DNA of 63,978 nt, filler included, from Choristocarpus tenellus KU-1152 (GCA_964200185.2; 11 parts of 11 records of this genome joined end to end with filler, not necessarily neighbours in it), one strand, 5' to 3'. Numbered from the whole stretch's first letter, positions 12,693 through 26,830 are shown. The notes: a model not told the origin generated them from the sequence alone. Numbers and translations are program-made.

Positions 12693-13567
12693 NNNNNNNN
12701 NNNNNNNNNNNNNNNNNNNNNNNNNNNNNNNNNNNNTTAATTAATTAANNNNNNNNNNNNNNNNNNNNNNNNNNNNNNNNNNNNNNNNNNNNAGCGCACT
12801 TTGCCTGATTTTGACCCAAGTGGACACCCTGGTGTAGGCCCCCCCCCCCAGATACTTTGGGTCCACTTGTGCCCCAGATTAGGCGAAACGAGGTCAATTA
12901 ATGCCATCTGCATTTCAACAGCAAGCACCACAAGGCCTTCAAGACATATTCCAAGCACCCCAATTATCAACAAGCTGGTACATAGAGCCTTCACTCTACA
13001 GCTTTCATTATCCATCAATTTAGTAATGCTTCAAGCACATCACAACCAGTTCCTCAAACATGTAGTGAAGTCAGTAAACACTCATACCGCCCCAGAGCGC
13101 TACAGGCAAACACGACCACCTGCGTAACTCACTCCCACTTGATCAAGATAGAGAGGTCGCACATAACTAAAAACATAGCCATATGCTGCAGAACGTACTT
13201 CACGCAGTGCTAGAGAGTAACTGGAGAACAAACACCCACATACCACCTCAACTTGCCTGCACATCATCTGTATTTTCACTCCCTGGATGAGCCTGCCGAC
13301 GAGCCCAAAGTGTCTCCTCAGCCTCATCCAAAATATAAAGCGTCACACTGGAGGCCGACAGGAAAGAAGTGGCCTCCTTCATCACGGTGTCTATCAGGTT
13401 CACAATCTGTTTCCCAGGCGTTTGAGAAAGTGTTCAACGCGCAACACAAGGGCGATCAGTCCAAACCGTTAGACAAGGCAGAGAGTGGAGACGACGACAG
13501 GATTGAGAATATGTTTAACACTACAGCACGTCATGTCTCTTGCATAACGGAACCAGAACGCCTGCGT

Positions 13568-13569
<2 letters not shown>

Positions 13570-13612
<43 letters not shown>

Positions 13613-13633
13613 GGGAGAGAGAGGGAGAGAGAG
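13570..13633. repeat. (GA)n microsatellite directly 3' of the TMEM65-like stop codon
   Basis: Run of gagagaga with gaggga variants, read directly. Confidence 0.95.
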
Positions 13634-13640
13634 TAAGATT

Positions 13641-16600
13641 TCATGCCATCGGTAAGACGTCTGCAAAATCGACGACTTCATCGACGATTTGAAACTCTTC
13701 TAGACCTTGCTCGGCCCCTTTAGAACAGGTTGTGGTCACATAGCTGACCAGCTGCATCACATTCAAGCATCCAAGGACAAAAAAAAGGTGTGTCCTTTTT
13801 TGTCCGTGTTCCTTGCCACTACCAATATATATATATATATATACCCATATCGAGAGCCCCGAACTGGCACTGACCTTTTCCTTTCTCTTGATGGTTTCTA
13901 TTGACTCAGAGGCAGGCATGAAGAGGAGAGGGAACATGCCAATCAAACATCCAATCGTGACCCCTATCGCGCAACCCACATGTCCTGCTATCCGTGTCTT
14001 CCGCAGTTGCATTTGTCCCCTGCGTTTGTTTGTTCAAAATTCGAATCGGGAAATCGCGCACGGGATCATAGCACTGCACTGTCTATGTGGACTAATGTTG
14101 ATTGTGTACCCTAACGCTTACTTCAACCTACATTCCAAAAAGACCTCAACTCTAATCACAACCCTAACGCGCAGCCTGCATGGATACAACCAACTAGCAA
14201 TAGGTTGGTAAGACATCACTACTATCTAATCTCTTCACATCATCGTTAAGCAATAAAGCCCACCTAGCATATACCACTTGTTTCGTGTAAGGGCTACAAA
14301 CACATCACACCGCCGTTCGGGGGCTCTCCAATAGCCCAACACAAACGACCATGGTTGAGATACAAATTTGTCCTCAGCACAGCATAGACGCACTAGAAGC
14401 TCTCAGGCTTAGGGTGGAGTCCACTAGTAGAGTGGGGAATCGCCTGCATAGCATGCTGTATCACTCCATCAAAGCTCACTGCACAGCAGTGCACAGGGTT
14501 CCAATCATACTTATAAAAGGCTAACTTTGTCCTGAATACAATTAAAACAAGAAGGCACTTGCTGAAGCCAACAGTGGGTTTCTGTAGCACCTGCAATAGG
14601 GCCACAGAACCCCGACACAGCACTACATAGTCCTCATAGTGGCTAAGAAAAAACAGCGGGAATGCTCAAGAGAACTACAGACTTGGTACCAGTCAAGCAT
14701 CACCTACTGTTTAGCATACATTGGCCCCTGGAATCTATGCCATGCAAAGCACTGTGGTGCAGACCATTGCATATGATAAGAATCATGTACTTGCACTGAC
14801 TACCACTCCAGACCTAGTAAAAAAACCAACGACAACGGATCAGGGCCCCATGAGTACACAACTGTAAAATCTACATGGAAATCAGAATACTACAAGGCCT
14901 TTGCAACTGACAAAATTGGTACACGATATACAGTGGGTATGGAGTGATACCATTGAAAACAGAGTGCCATTGAGTCTCAAGCGCACTTAGGACTCTGCCT
15001 CGTGGTGTACACGTTTCTAGGACTGTAGAGGGTACTTTCTGCTCTAAGATTTTTCACTGCTGATCTTCTCTTCGACAGCTAGAACCTCCTTGGGAGTTAA
15101 AAAAAAACGCTTTTTTTGCAGGGGCGTCGTATGTATTGGACTGAAATTGACCCCACTCCCAGATGCCTCCACTCTATGGTGGTATAGCAGAGCAAACACC
15201 CTCAAGAGAGGGTGAACATACCTTGAAAGTTTAGCATCAGGAAGTCCAAGCTTGCATGCCAAATCCTCAATAAAGCTCCCAAGCCCCACCCCTGCCACAT
15301 CACTGATTGTGTTCCCCAATGCTGCAGCTGCCATGGTTGAGATACCCATCATGACCCCGATGGTCAGGTCAATGTACTCTCCCGCCTGTTTCAGTATTGT
15401 TGGACACATTCACCAGGTGCACACATCAACACAATTAAAACACTACCTGGCAGCATTTGACAGTAAGGGTCTAGGGCAAGAGCATTATATGAGCATCTCC
15501 AAAACAGTATACTCCTGGATTTGAGCAAGAGCCTGTAAAATGAGCACAAACTGCACACAGCAAGAAAGCAACCCTCTAGGTTGGTCTTGGTCACTAACTC
15601 CTGCCTACCAGCATTAGATTATATTGTGATGGTCTCAAAAGATAAGAACATGGCATGATTGTTATTCCTTCGTATTGTGAGACAGTAGCATCCTCCAACA
15701 ATAGGTTAAATCAGGTCATTGGTGTTTGAGTACATAACAGCATAAGAATACAAATGCAATCTTGTATATTTGAAGCGGTGCAAAAGAAGAGCGGGAGGTA
15801 CTTTAAACAGCAGTCAATTGAAAAACAATGTTAATATAACGTTGGGAAACATCAAAAGGACAACACCAAAAAATATTGGAGGATCTACATGCAAACCATG
15901 CAGTGGCGATAGCAATCAACGAATGCTTGTAACCTTTCTCCTGTGTGAAGGTCTCGTGCTACTGACTACCATATGCTGGGCAATTGAGTTCAGTGATTAT
16001 AGACACCAGCAGGACTCACATCCAATAAGCTACTGCTGTACAATGTACGTAAAACAAGCGTTTCCGTGTCATGTCTACAGTAAGTGTACCATAAATCAGG
16101 TACCCTAGCATATAAAGAACACCATGTTCCCTTCAACTAAGCAATACTGCATGTGAAAGAAGACCTACCACAATCATGATGGCATTGTCCATCATCCCGA
16201 AACCAATAAACGGAACAGCACTGGCAATGGTCACTCTCCGCAAAGCTCTGGAGTCTGGCTCACGCACTGTGTACTCCAGGCGACCGAGAGCGGCAGCGAG
16301 CTCCCTGCCAGTATCTGGACTCACCTTTTGTGGGCATTAGAAGGGATTAGAGAGAGAGCATAGATGGAGGGGTTGTCGACGACATCAACGATCACATCCT
16401 CCAGAGGAGTTACAAATTGTAACAACTTGCATCAAGCACCGGAAGGCTGTTCTGTAGAAACTGATCAAAGCTCGGCAACAGGCAGTTCTTACAGTGATTC
16501 AGAATGGATATAGATTTCGATCCTCCGCAACACAAAGTTCATTTCTAACAATGGCAATACCAGCCAGTTACAAGTTGATTGCCAATGCCTGGATCACGTC

Positions 16601-17122
16601 CCTTGTATGCCAGCTTGTTGAAAAATGCCTGCCTAATTAATTCCCCCATACCTCTTTTTCCCTATTATCAGCGACTCCACAGTGGTTCATCACTGCCTAA
16701 GGCAGGACACCAACAGATTTCGACTGATAACATGGTTTCCCAAAGTGGTGAAGTATCCAGAACATGAACTCCAACAAACGCTCTCTCACCGCCCTCCCCA
16801 GTTTTTCAGCCGCGGTTTTATCCTCCTCGATGTACTTAGCCACTCGACGAAGAAGTGCGGCTTGGTCATCCCCGACTTGCGTACCTCCACTGCTTGGGGA
16901 GGCAATTCCACTAAACTTCTGTTTGCCATTCCGTTTAGCCCCAACCCTCTTGGAGGTTCTACAGGGATTGGACTGCCCCAACTGGTGGAAATTTCGCAAA
17001 GAGGGACGTCGTGGATCAGTCCATGGATTGCATAATCGTGCTTTGCTTATTGTCTGAGGACACCATCGGGATGGGAGGGTCCACATCAAGGACAAAGGGT
17101 GTGTTGAGGTGGACTGTTCCAT
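13641..17122 (-). CDS. TMEM65: Transmembrane protein 65-like (mitochondrial inner membrane family); exons 17122(or 17086)-16790, 16324-16169, 15385-15222, 14019-13875, 13751-13641
   Basis: Phase-consistent GT-AG exons give ...ALRRVTIASAVPFIGFGMMDNAIMIV|AGEYIDLTIGVMMGISTMAAAALGNTISDVAGVGLG...LGLP...|...GCAIGVTIGCLIGMFPLLF, the TMEM65 signature. The N-terminus is R/S-rich and resembles a mitochondrial presequence. The start codon and last exon are less certain. Confidence 0.9.
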
Positions 17123-17263
17123 TCCACTTACGGCTACAGAGTAGAATACGAAAGGCCCAGGGGCGCAGGAACTCAACTTCACATATATAAAACTTACATT
17201 GAAAATTATCCTGTGGAATTGCTGCATTCATTACCCCCATCCACACAGGTCATCTCCACGACG

Positions 17264-18311
17264 ATGTATGACAATCCTCGTTTGACTCCATGGCGAGACT
17301 GGAAAGAGTGGGAAATGGTGAAGGTGTGATCTGCTGACTGCTCTGCAACCAGGCAACCTTTTGTAGATGCTCTAGCACCATTAGGTATTTACGAAGCAAA
17401 CACTCTGACTAGAAGAAAGATGCCTTTCCCAATTTATCCAAACTCGTTGTCTATGCTCATCTACTCTGCAGGGTCTTCTTTTCTCTCCAGATCCCAACAG
17501 ACAATGCCGAGGAATACAGCATGTGGCCCTGTGGCGTACCAGAGGGATGATACCACATGCTGTCGAGAGTACCTCACGGGTATGTGGTTGGTACCTAGGA
17601 AGATACAGCGATGGTGCCGTCGATGGTTGAGTGCCGGTTGGAATCCAGTATCATGATCCAGCATGACCAGTGATAATGATTAAGTGGAACTGATTGCATG
17701 AGAGGTCACGTATCAATAAGTATCCTTAAATTAACACCCTCGTCGCCTGTTTGTCTCTCCCTAGCTCGTAGAATTTAAGTTGAACGACTTGCGCCCTGGG
17801 TGGGAAATTGGGTACATCTACCGCAGCGAAGAAGAGTTGCGACTCATATCGAGTATGGTCGTTATCCGCGCCGTCAATGGTCTAACGGGGCACGTCCAGA
17901 AGGTGTGTCTTACTTCGACAGAGGGGTTACTTGTCCATAGGTGTAGATACAAGTCGTATTTCTACTGTTGGTCATTTTGGGATTGTAGTCGCAAGGGTTG
18001 ACCCTGTGATACTATCATTGACGGAGCTTTGGGAATTTGAGTGCTTGCAGGCGACCTGGACTGTGTTGTTTTCGACTGAACCGACCAGTCAGGTGTTCGG
18101 TCAAAGGTACTGTTTAATGCCTCGACGAGCTCACAAATTCTGCTGCCCTTGTGCGTGCAACCCGCCGTGTCCTTCTGTGCATTCTCCTTGAACCCCCCTT
18201 GTCTGGTGGCTGACCAAGTCAATGGTTGCCGCTCCTGTGGCAAGTCTAGCAAAAGAGATTGGCATCCCCACCTGGATTGTGGATATCCGGCACGAGGCAG
18301 CACACAAGGAG
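17264..18311 (+). CDS. LAS1: LAS1-like pre-rRNA processing HEPN endoribonuclease, 5' part; exons 17264-17323, 17472-17579, 17765-17902, 18219-18311; 3' exons not found in this contig
   Basis: Four phase-0 GT-AG exons: MYDNPRLTPWRDWKEWEMVK|GLLFSPDPNRQCRGIQHVALWRTRGMIPHAVESTSR|LVEF...LRLISSMVVIRAVNGLTGHVQK|SMVAAPVASLAKEIGIPTWIVDIRHEAAHKE. These match the Las1 motifs PW..W.EW, PHAVEST, VNGL and the HEPN RHxxxH. Confidence 0.92.
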
Positions 18312-20490
18312 GTACGGTATAGGGGTGGGGTGAAGGGGGGGGATGGCTGTCGCTACTCTTCGTGCCATTGGCAGGGTACTCTTACGGTGTTGAGGCTTCA
18401 ATTGCACCACACCATGTCGTAGTGAAACTTGAGTGGATTATGTCTGTTCTGGGCGATAAGAATGTTCACGAGTAAGGAAGTATGTACACTGTTGTAATAC
18501 CTCGTATGAGCTTGTTATCATGACATCATACAGAGGAGGAATAGCTTACCACTGTCAACCTCTTTCCCTTGTATTCTTCGTTTTAGGTCATGTTCACATT
18601 TTCAAGGGTCCATTCCTGCTGCATTGAGGAGTATATGTACAGAGGAATTGCAACCGACTAATTCGAGTAGATGTGAAGAGTCTCTGCTACAGTACTTACA
18701 TCATCATTACAGCTCATCCAACCACATCACCCCTGGTTTCTACACTGTATATATTCCTGATAACGTTCTACCTGGTGTTAGACCTCTTTGAAACTATCAC
18801 TCTGTAACCAACTTCTAATGATAATTTCTCTAGACTGTGTGATCACAAGAATCTAAGCACAGGATGGCTCTTCGGGTGGAAGATCATGGGGCCTGTTTCA
18901 CCTGTTTCACCTGTTTCACCATTGAGAAGACACCAAAACTTGCGTAGTCCTCTATTTTTTAATGTATTTCACTCGGGTGCACCCTGCAGAACAGCAAAAT
19001 CAAGGCACTGACTTAATGTCTTGACTGTTGGGAAAAACTTATCCCCTGACCCTTTTGCATACTGTTACGCTACTGTAGTGTTTTTCTCATCCACCTAAGT
19101 TTGTGGAACAACTCCATTGCCTTGCGCTCCTGGAAACCTCTAGCTTGTTTCTCTGACAGAGCACCACCTCAACCTGTCAGTCCCAGAGTTGTCACGCAGC
19201 TCCTATTTATCGCTGTTGATATATGTAGGCTGTCTGTGCTCAACCTTGGCCTTGATGCATCAAAGTTGTGTGCATATTCACAATCTGAAACAAATCAAGC
19301 TTGGAATATTGCATCCTCCCGCTTTGCTTTCCAACCCCCTCCCCCCCCCCCCTACAAATATACCCGTTAGACACAACAACACATCGAGACTAGATCGTTG
19401 TGCAATGAAGTGAACTAGAGTAGACTGGATTTTTTTTTTTTCTGTGCCAAAACTTCCATGACTGGGGGGAAAAAAACAAAACAAACCTGGGCACGAAACA
19501 CCTCCTCTGCTTTGAAAAGCACAGCACCTCACTCATTCGGTTGTTTTATTTTCAATTTTTTTTTTTTCTGTGTCCCTTCTTGTCACGTCGGAATCACCTG
19601 CAACTGTTAGCTGCCCACGCTCGTCACACTTCGGCTCGCCGCCGATTTCCTTCTCACCTATTTCTACGAGCACTACTGGTCTCTGCAGACAGAGCACATG
19701 GACTTCTTGGTCGGTGCTTTTGGCCACCTCCTTGACAGGTGCGTGCTCGCTTGGTCCCTGTGGAGTTCTCGGGGGGGGGGGGGGGNNNNNNNNNNNNNNN
19801 NNNNNNNNNNNNNNNNNNNNNNNNNNNNNTTAATTAATTAANNNNNNNNNNNNNNNNNNNNNNNNNNNNNNNNNNNNNNNNNNNNGAAAATCGCGTTATG
19901 AAAAAAATCACCCCAAATGGACAGCCGCCACCCCCCCCAGATACTTTGAGCCCATGGTTCCTCGTGCACACTCCGGGAGAACAGGCCCAAACTGACAGTC
20001 CTCTTTGTGTACACACCGCACACGACTCAAGCAAGCAAATAAACGAAAAAGCAACCTCCCAACAGCCCATTTTCTTTCTTTCATTTCCTCATCCCACAGT
20101 GACAAAACACACCCTATCCAATAGCCTTCTTTGTATGTCAAACAAATCCCACTCATGCAACCAAACAGACCAATATCCAGCCCTGGAACAACCTAACCCA
20201 TATCTCTTATTCTTTATCGTAACTGCACGACCACATACATAAACAATAGCCCAGTTTGAACAGACTCGAAATCCGACACATGCAAACGTCGAAGCCAAAC
20301 CCAAATAAATGGAAGCATATAGTCCCATTCCTCTTGCGTACGCAAGGACAGAAAGGAACCTCACAACAGCCTTCTTCTTTGTCCTGACATTTCAAATCCG
20401 ACACGTGCGACCAAATCACACCAAAAAGTGAATCGAAAATAGATTTTTTAAAAAACGGACGCCGGCACCCCCCCCCCAGATACTTCGACC

Positions 20491-20738
20491 CTTTGAGGGA
20501 ATAAGTTTTTCCCTGTTTGTCCATTTCGGGTTTGGCTTCCCCACGGGTTTTTAATAACATTTTACCAATTCCAAAATATTTCGGAGTAGGTAAAATGTAT
20601 ACGTTGTGAAAAGGTGTGTCCGGAACAAGGATATTGACAATCCCTAACAAACATGATAACCAAAATTACATCAAAATTGCAACATTGGTTTTTAGCCCCC
20701 AAATGGACGCTGATGTACCCTCTAAGATACTTTGACCC
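20491..20738. mobile_element. MITE family B abutting the right end of a related G-tract element (about 20390-20490); other B copies at 38864-38919, 53147-53394, 54525-54793
   Basis: B core sequence ending taccctctaagatactttgaccc, preceded by ggacgccggcacccccccccagatacttcgacc. Confidence 0.8.
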
Positions 20739-21599
20739 GTATGCAAACACACACGAGGTCGAGATTTTCGTTTCTTCTGAGGCAAAGGTAGGTAAAAGAG
20801 TTGAGAGATTCGGCACCTCTGCAGCAATTTCAGATCGTTTGGGGTTTGCAGAATACCGGAAAAACGAAAGCACTATTCATGGGAGGAAACTGTTTGCGCA
20901 ATGAAACAAAACGGTCACTACCGATACAATAGCTTCTGTAGCATTGGAGCATGATCTCCAGTTTTGATATACTCTTATAGGAACGTTGTAATAGCGTAGG
21001 TACATTGCACCTTTGATCAATATAAAGACCCTTGAGAAATAGGCAGGTCATCCTCAGCATTTAGACACAAGGGATGAGAATTGTTCGTGAAATGAGAACG
21101 GTGGTTGTCTTCGGTACCAGTGTTGGTGCTACTGTTGGTCTAGTTTGTACTTCACAAGTGATCTTTTTGTGCTATATCTAGCACACGCTACCCTCGCCTT
21201 TTTTCATCTCTTTCAGTTTTCCATGTTCCATTCTTTCTTTGGTCGAGGGCTCACTTTCCTAACCCTGAAGTATTGCTCAACCGGGGGATGGTCTGAGCTG
21301 TCACCAGCTGATTGGAACAGCAAAAAAGATATCCCAGGGATGAATGGGGTTAGACATCAGCCAATCGAAATATTAATGTCTTGGATCACACCCCATCACA
21401 CCCACATTACGGAAATATCCAATTTTCTCCTCATGACAAACAGATGATGGCAGGCAGTCAAAATGATCCGATAGAGTTGTGGTTGTCTATAGTATGAGGG
21501 GTGGGAGAACAAGCCCCTGAGTAAGGAAGGGATTGGATATGGGAGGGAAGAAAAGGAGGGGAAAGAATACTTCCCAGATTTTCAAAGGCTTGACCCCTT

Positions 21600-22319
21600 A
21601 TTTCAGATGGTCATAGTCATGGCTTATATTCAATGTAGTTGTGATAATACTGATCTGGGGCCCCTGAGGGAGCTAGCACCATGTTGCAAAACAAAAGGTG
21701 AACATGCTGAGAAAGCTCTCTTGCTTTGGTTGCGAGAGAGGTGTGCACGGGACCGGCAGTTGCGTAATTGTTTGAGCTGCTTGACAAATATTCCTGCAGT
21801 AGATGAGCTCACAAGTTCCACACCAGGCCTCATTATTAACCACTTTTAGTACGTGAGGTACAAGCATTACTACTTAGAAAATTGGTTTGAACTTTGCTTG
21901 CCTCGCTGTCTCCCCCCAACACCCCCTTCCCTCTTGCCAATGGTGCTTTGTTTCCATCTCTTCTACACTAAACAAACTTACATGGGGCGCTGGCCAACAA
22001 GGAGGAGACATCCTCATCAAGGGCTGTAGAGGGAAACCAAGTTGACAGATTGGTCGGGCAGAAGATGGTGGAAAGTGTGGCCATGCCACAGCCGGTCTAT
22101 GAGCAGATGGCTGTGGTGAGGCACACTGGATCCATTGGAAGAGGACGCTATGTGACCAGTGTCCACCGACCTACCTCCGGGATATCAATTGGCAAGGACC
22201 AGCCAAGTGGATGGATTCTGTATGATGATGAGAAAGTGAAGCTTTGATCAGGGTCTAGTTCAGCTATGCTCAAGGAGATGACAAAGGATGCGTACATCCT
22301 TGTTTATTCCCTAGTGTGA
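21600..22319 (+). pseudogene. Degenerate ubiquitin-specific protease (C19/USP) C-terminal fragment, intronless
   Basis: YEQMAVVRHTGSIGRGRYVTSV...WILYDDEKV*...DAYILVYS matches the USP His-box layout. The catalytic GHY is changed to GRY and there is an in-frame TGA at 22245-22247. The 5' boundary is uncertain. Confidence 0.75.
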
Positions 22320-24545
22320 CTGGACTAGATTGGTGCATATGTATATGTATGTATGCATGTATTATGTATGTATTATGTATGTATATGTGTGTATACCCTC
22401 TTTTTTTCGCTTCTCGGTAGTGTATTTAAACCATATATATATATATATATGCATTTGATAATAGTGCGGTAATCGTGTCAGGGCCAGTCGTTTCGTCTGC
22501 CAAGCACAGGGCAGAAGACGTAGCAAGGAAGAGGAACAATGTAACAGAGAGTATGTTTAGGTCTGCCACAAAAACCGAATAAATTCTCTGGCAGGATGGA
22601 GTAAGCATGGGGTAGGAACAACGGTGTGGCATCTACTCAGGAGCTTCTTTCTTGTATACAGAACCTCCATTTGCTTGCAGTGGTTGCTCTCTGGGCACCA
22701 CCTGCATGTCTTTGACTAGAGAACCACCTAGGAACAGAAATATTGAGAGTGAAGCTCTCCTCGATGGTGCATACTTTGGCCAACCATCATACGATGCTGA
22801 CTCTCACTACAAATTGCAAAGAACGGCAGCTCTAGCTTTTATGGGTGTCTTCCTGGTTGTATGAATCTGTGCACACGAGAGGACATGGGACGGGGCAGTG
22901 GAAGAAATTCGCAACCTTGTGGCTAGTGGGCCTAGCCATGGGGGTAAGAAGTTCTTTAATTAGCTCATTCACAACAGTGCATCCAGTGCTGCCTTCACAG
23001 TTGTGCACACATACAGCTCATTGCCAGAGTAACTGCTCTCAATGCATGCAGCTTGTCAATTTCAATGAAAGTGGAGTGGTTGGCATGAGAATGCAACACT
23101 CCAACGATGGACTACCATTGAATGTATGCAGTACGCAATGATGGATAGAACGCTCCCCAACAAGAGCTCCGTATCCTAAAACTACTGTTTTTTGTTGAGT
23201 CATCAGTCACCAGCATTCCATACTTAGTTTCCTTGGGTTATGCCCACTTCAAAGCTTCCTCTGGTCAAGGTGTGTGCATTTTCCTACGCACCAGACGCAA
23301 ACAGTGCCATTGGGGTACATGAAGGGGGTTCATCGTCTATTTCGAACCACGTGCCTCTATGAATGCTGTCGTTGGCTAGCCCAACCTAGCCTATTACGGA
23401 TATCATAGTCAACAGCTTCTGGCGTTAGAATTCTCAGTTAGAATTCTGTAAGGAATCTTTCTTGTAATGACTCCTCCCCACTCATGTTATCTCCCAACAA
23501 CTATGTATGCCAGAGGCACACTACCATCAAGAGTATGGTGATACCGTTCATTATACCAGAGCGTGAAGTCTTTGCCTCCGAAAATCTAGCCATCCGAATG
23601 ATGACCACAAGGAGACATGATAAGAAAGAAAGGAAGCAAGGAGGTTAAACACTCGAAAAGTATAATCCATCGAAAGCACCATCATTGATCAAATAGACCC
23701 GAGGATCTTCCAGGCATAACTTTGTAAGGACCGTTTCCAAAAGATAGTGGACTTTGTGGACATTGTGTCAACCAATCCATACAATGAATGGGGAGGAAAG
23801 GGTCAAACATATGAAAATACAATAACTTATTCTTCAATGTGGTTGCATCATGTACCCTCATAACCAGCAAGGACGGGGGAAATTGATATCTTGCACTTCT
23901 TCATATTTGGCGCTTGCAGAGAATACAGTTGACAGGTGTGCAATGCTTTGTTCTTTCTTCTGTCCATATCAACCTAGAGGGTCTGAATCATCGAACCTTC
24001 ATCCCGCGAAATATCTGGAGAAATGCCCAGCTTTGGTTAGCCAGACATAGATGTGGTGACGCCGAAATTGGCGAAGATAATCAGTTCTCAAGGGCGTTGG
24101 AAGGTTGTTCCTTGGAGCTGGTAAGCAACTGAACAAACGACAAGATATTCATTGGGGAAGGGAGAGGTTCGCCGATAAACGTGGAAGGTGTGTGAGTGGG
24201 GGAAATGATGGTGATGGAGCTCCTGAGAGTGTGGTTCAAGTGATAACCAAAAAGAGGGAGATAGGAATTGCAAAGGAATGGGTGCGGCCTCTGAGATGGT
24301 GGTGATGATGGAGGAGTTTAAAGTGTCTGCTCAGTCTGTATCTTCTCTAACAAATAGAACAAGTATATAGTTGTGGAGTGCAACGATGGTGGCAAAGAGT
24401 TTGATGGTGGTGATGGTGCAGATTAGGTCTCCAAATATTAGAAGCATGTCCTCCGAGGCTTGACTGACGAGGGATACATGAAGAGTGTTGAGAGTGATGG
24501 TGACATGGGCGTCTGGAGCAAATTGAGGCCTCTGGTGTGGATAAA

Positions 24546-25148
24546 TGTTACAGGCGAATAGCGCGAGCATTTCTTCTTGTGTTCCAAGGAAGTGCAAGCA
24601 TTTGTTACACGCGAATAGCGCGAGCATTTCTTCGAATGCTTTAGCAAACACGAACATTTGTGACAGACGTATGTATAGTGCGAGTATTGTTTCTCGCGCT
24701 CTAACAAATGCGAACAATATATATTAGTAACACATAGGTAACCTTACAGAATAAATGACGATTTCATAGAAGATACAGAGTAAGGTTCGGAATGCATACG
24801 TAACATTTGTCAAAGTCCCAAAGAAGTTGCAGAATAAAGGTCTATGATTGGAGTACGTGTAGAGCAGTCGCATACAAGACAAAAGAAATTGGGTGGATGA
24901 TGAAAATAATAAGAGGGCTTTTGGTCAAACGATCACCCCTTTTTACCTTCAGTCCTTGCTTTTTATCTTGAACGAAACTTTTTGAGTCGAGCTTTGAGCT
25001 AAGCACTGAGTGGAATACCAAGAAGAGAAGGATACCTGACACCCTACAAACTGTTATCAAGGGCAATGCCCCCATAGCGTCGTTTTAAGGTCGTTGGATT
25101 TGAGTTGTACATCCTGTGGAGGCGAGTTCTGAGGGGCACGCTGTAACA
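24546..25148 (+). mobile_element. Solo LTR with 4-bp TSD TAAA and an internally reiterated 5' motif
   Basis: taaa|TGTTACA...TGTAACA|taaa; the gcgaatagcgcgagcatttctt motif recurs about three times near the 5' end. Confidence 0.8.
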
Positions 25149-25259
25149 TAAATGGTGCAGGCCTGACATTTTGTGTAACTGATGAGTTTCTCTTTGAGAG
25201 TGCAGGTGCCATAATCAATGATGAGGGAGATCAGGATGACAAAAATACCACAGTACCAT

Positions 25260-26830
25260 CCCCCAAACAGTCAGCAGGGCAAGTTTGCAAGCTACCCCAG
25301 AGTCTACTTATATTTTATTGATAAAGGGTTTCAAGTAAGCCAAGTGAACCTAAGACCCGAATATTATTGGTGACACGTGGGCCTATGACCACATAGAGGC
25401 TTTCATGATGGAGTTGAACAACGGTGCCCAAAAAAGAAGGAGAATGACTCCAAAGGATATAGACCTACCGAAACAGAAAAAGGAGTGCTACAAGGGATGC
25501 TATGGTAGGTGGAGGCACGCATGGACTCACCCTCAAAGCTCAATCTCTGGCACATGTTGGTTGAGAGATATGAGGTGCTGGAGGGTCGTCAACACGGGAA
25601 GTGGAATACAGGTTGTGGGTGATTCTGTCTTGTGACTTACAGGGGGAGATAAAACGCGCTTTTCTTCTGCTTACGGTACATCTAAGTTCGTATAGGCGAA
25701 AGGGGAGAGAGAGAGTTGTGAGAGGACTCATACCATGTTTTTTGGGTTGTCTTGTATCGTACAACATGAGACAATATTCATCGGAATAGTGGGTCTGGTG
25801 TGTTTAAGCTTACATGGTTGCTGAAAATTTTGTCCTGAAATATCAAAAGCATAATCACACCAAACCCACTATTCCTAAGAAGTGTACTTTGTTTCGTGGA
25901 GCACAACATCAACAACTTCACTGCCCGTCCGTCACTCACCCACCTACTCCACCCCCACCTACCTCCAATCGCAACCAACCACACACCCCCAGTACAAGAG
26001 ACACCCAACACTGACCTCATATCATTCATAGTTTATTCTGGATGCACAGCGCCCTTTGCCAATCCCTCCCTTTATCCACACCACCCTCCACCCCTTACCA
26101 AATTTCCCCCCCCTGCCCATCCCACCACTGCCTCGGGCATAGGGAATCTCCATCTCACGGCACATTGGCAAGCCTCCTTCACTAGACTGTTGCAACAAAA
26201 CACATCGCCACCTGCCCCCTTGTCCTTCACTGTCCTGCTTTTACCTGGTATTAGTAGTCATTTGTACTCCACATGTGCTACGGCGACTACTGGCTGGACC
26301 ACAGTGATTACTCACACCCACACCTACTGAATTACCATGGCAAGACACGCATTTCGGAGGTTAGACACCTTGTACTAATTGGTCTTCTCCTCGTTTCTGT
26401 CCAACCCACCTCCTACTGACCCATAAACTTCCAGCACTGACCTCCCGGCTTCACCTACCCATTCTACCACCCCACACACTTACTTACCTGCCCCACCCCC
26501 CAGTCACACCTGTCCTGGTCTATTCACCACCCCTTATGTGTCACCACCGCCTTGCCCACCTCAATGACCGGGGCCTCCATCATCTCCACACTATTCGTCC
26601 TACTGTCATTACCATCCATACCACTGACCACCTCTATCAATGCCCTTCAGCACCCCAACAATTTCCACCACACTCAGGCACCCCCTTCACGTTGTCCACA
26701 CTGCCATCACAGATCCAGTCGCACCTACCTCACGTTTCAAAAGCCGCTACACATTCATCTCCACCTACCGTTACCACCACCACATTGACCACGCATTCAC
26801 AAGCTCCTACACTCCATAGCACCTGCTGAA
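25260..26830 (+). mobile_element. Highly decayed Ty1/copia-like fragments
   Basis: GQVCKLPQSL at about 25277 resembles copia RT G.VCKL.KSLYG. CHHRLAHLNDRGLHHLH at 26539 resembles the GAG-pre-integrase motif WH.RLGH. Their order indicates separate fragments. Confidence 0.5.

Noticed and set aside
12521-12863. MITE A halves on both sides of a linker as one split element
   Set aside because: The overlapping parts differ at many positions, so they are different copies on unrelated contigs.
16764-17057. Plus-strand 97-aa ORF as an overlapping gene
   Set aside because: It is the antisense shadow of TMEM65 exon 1 and has no independent support.
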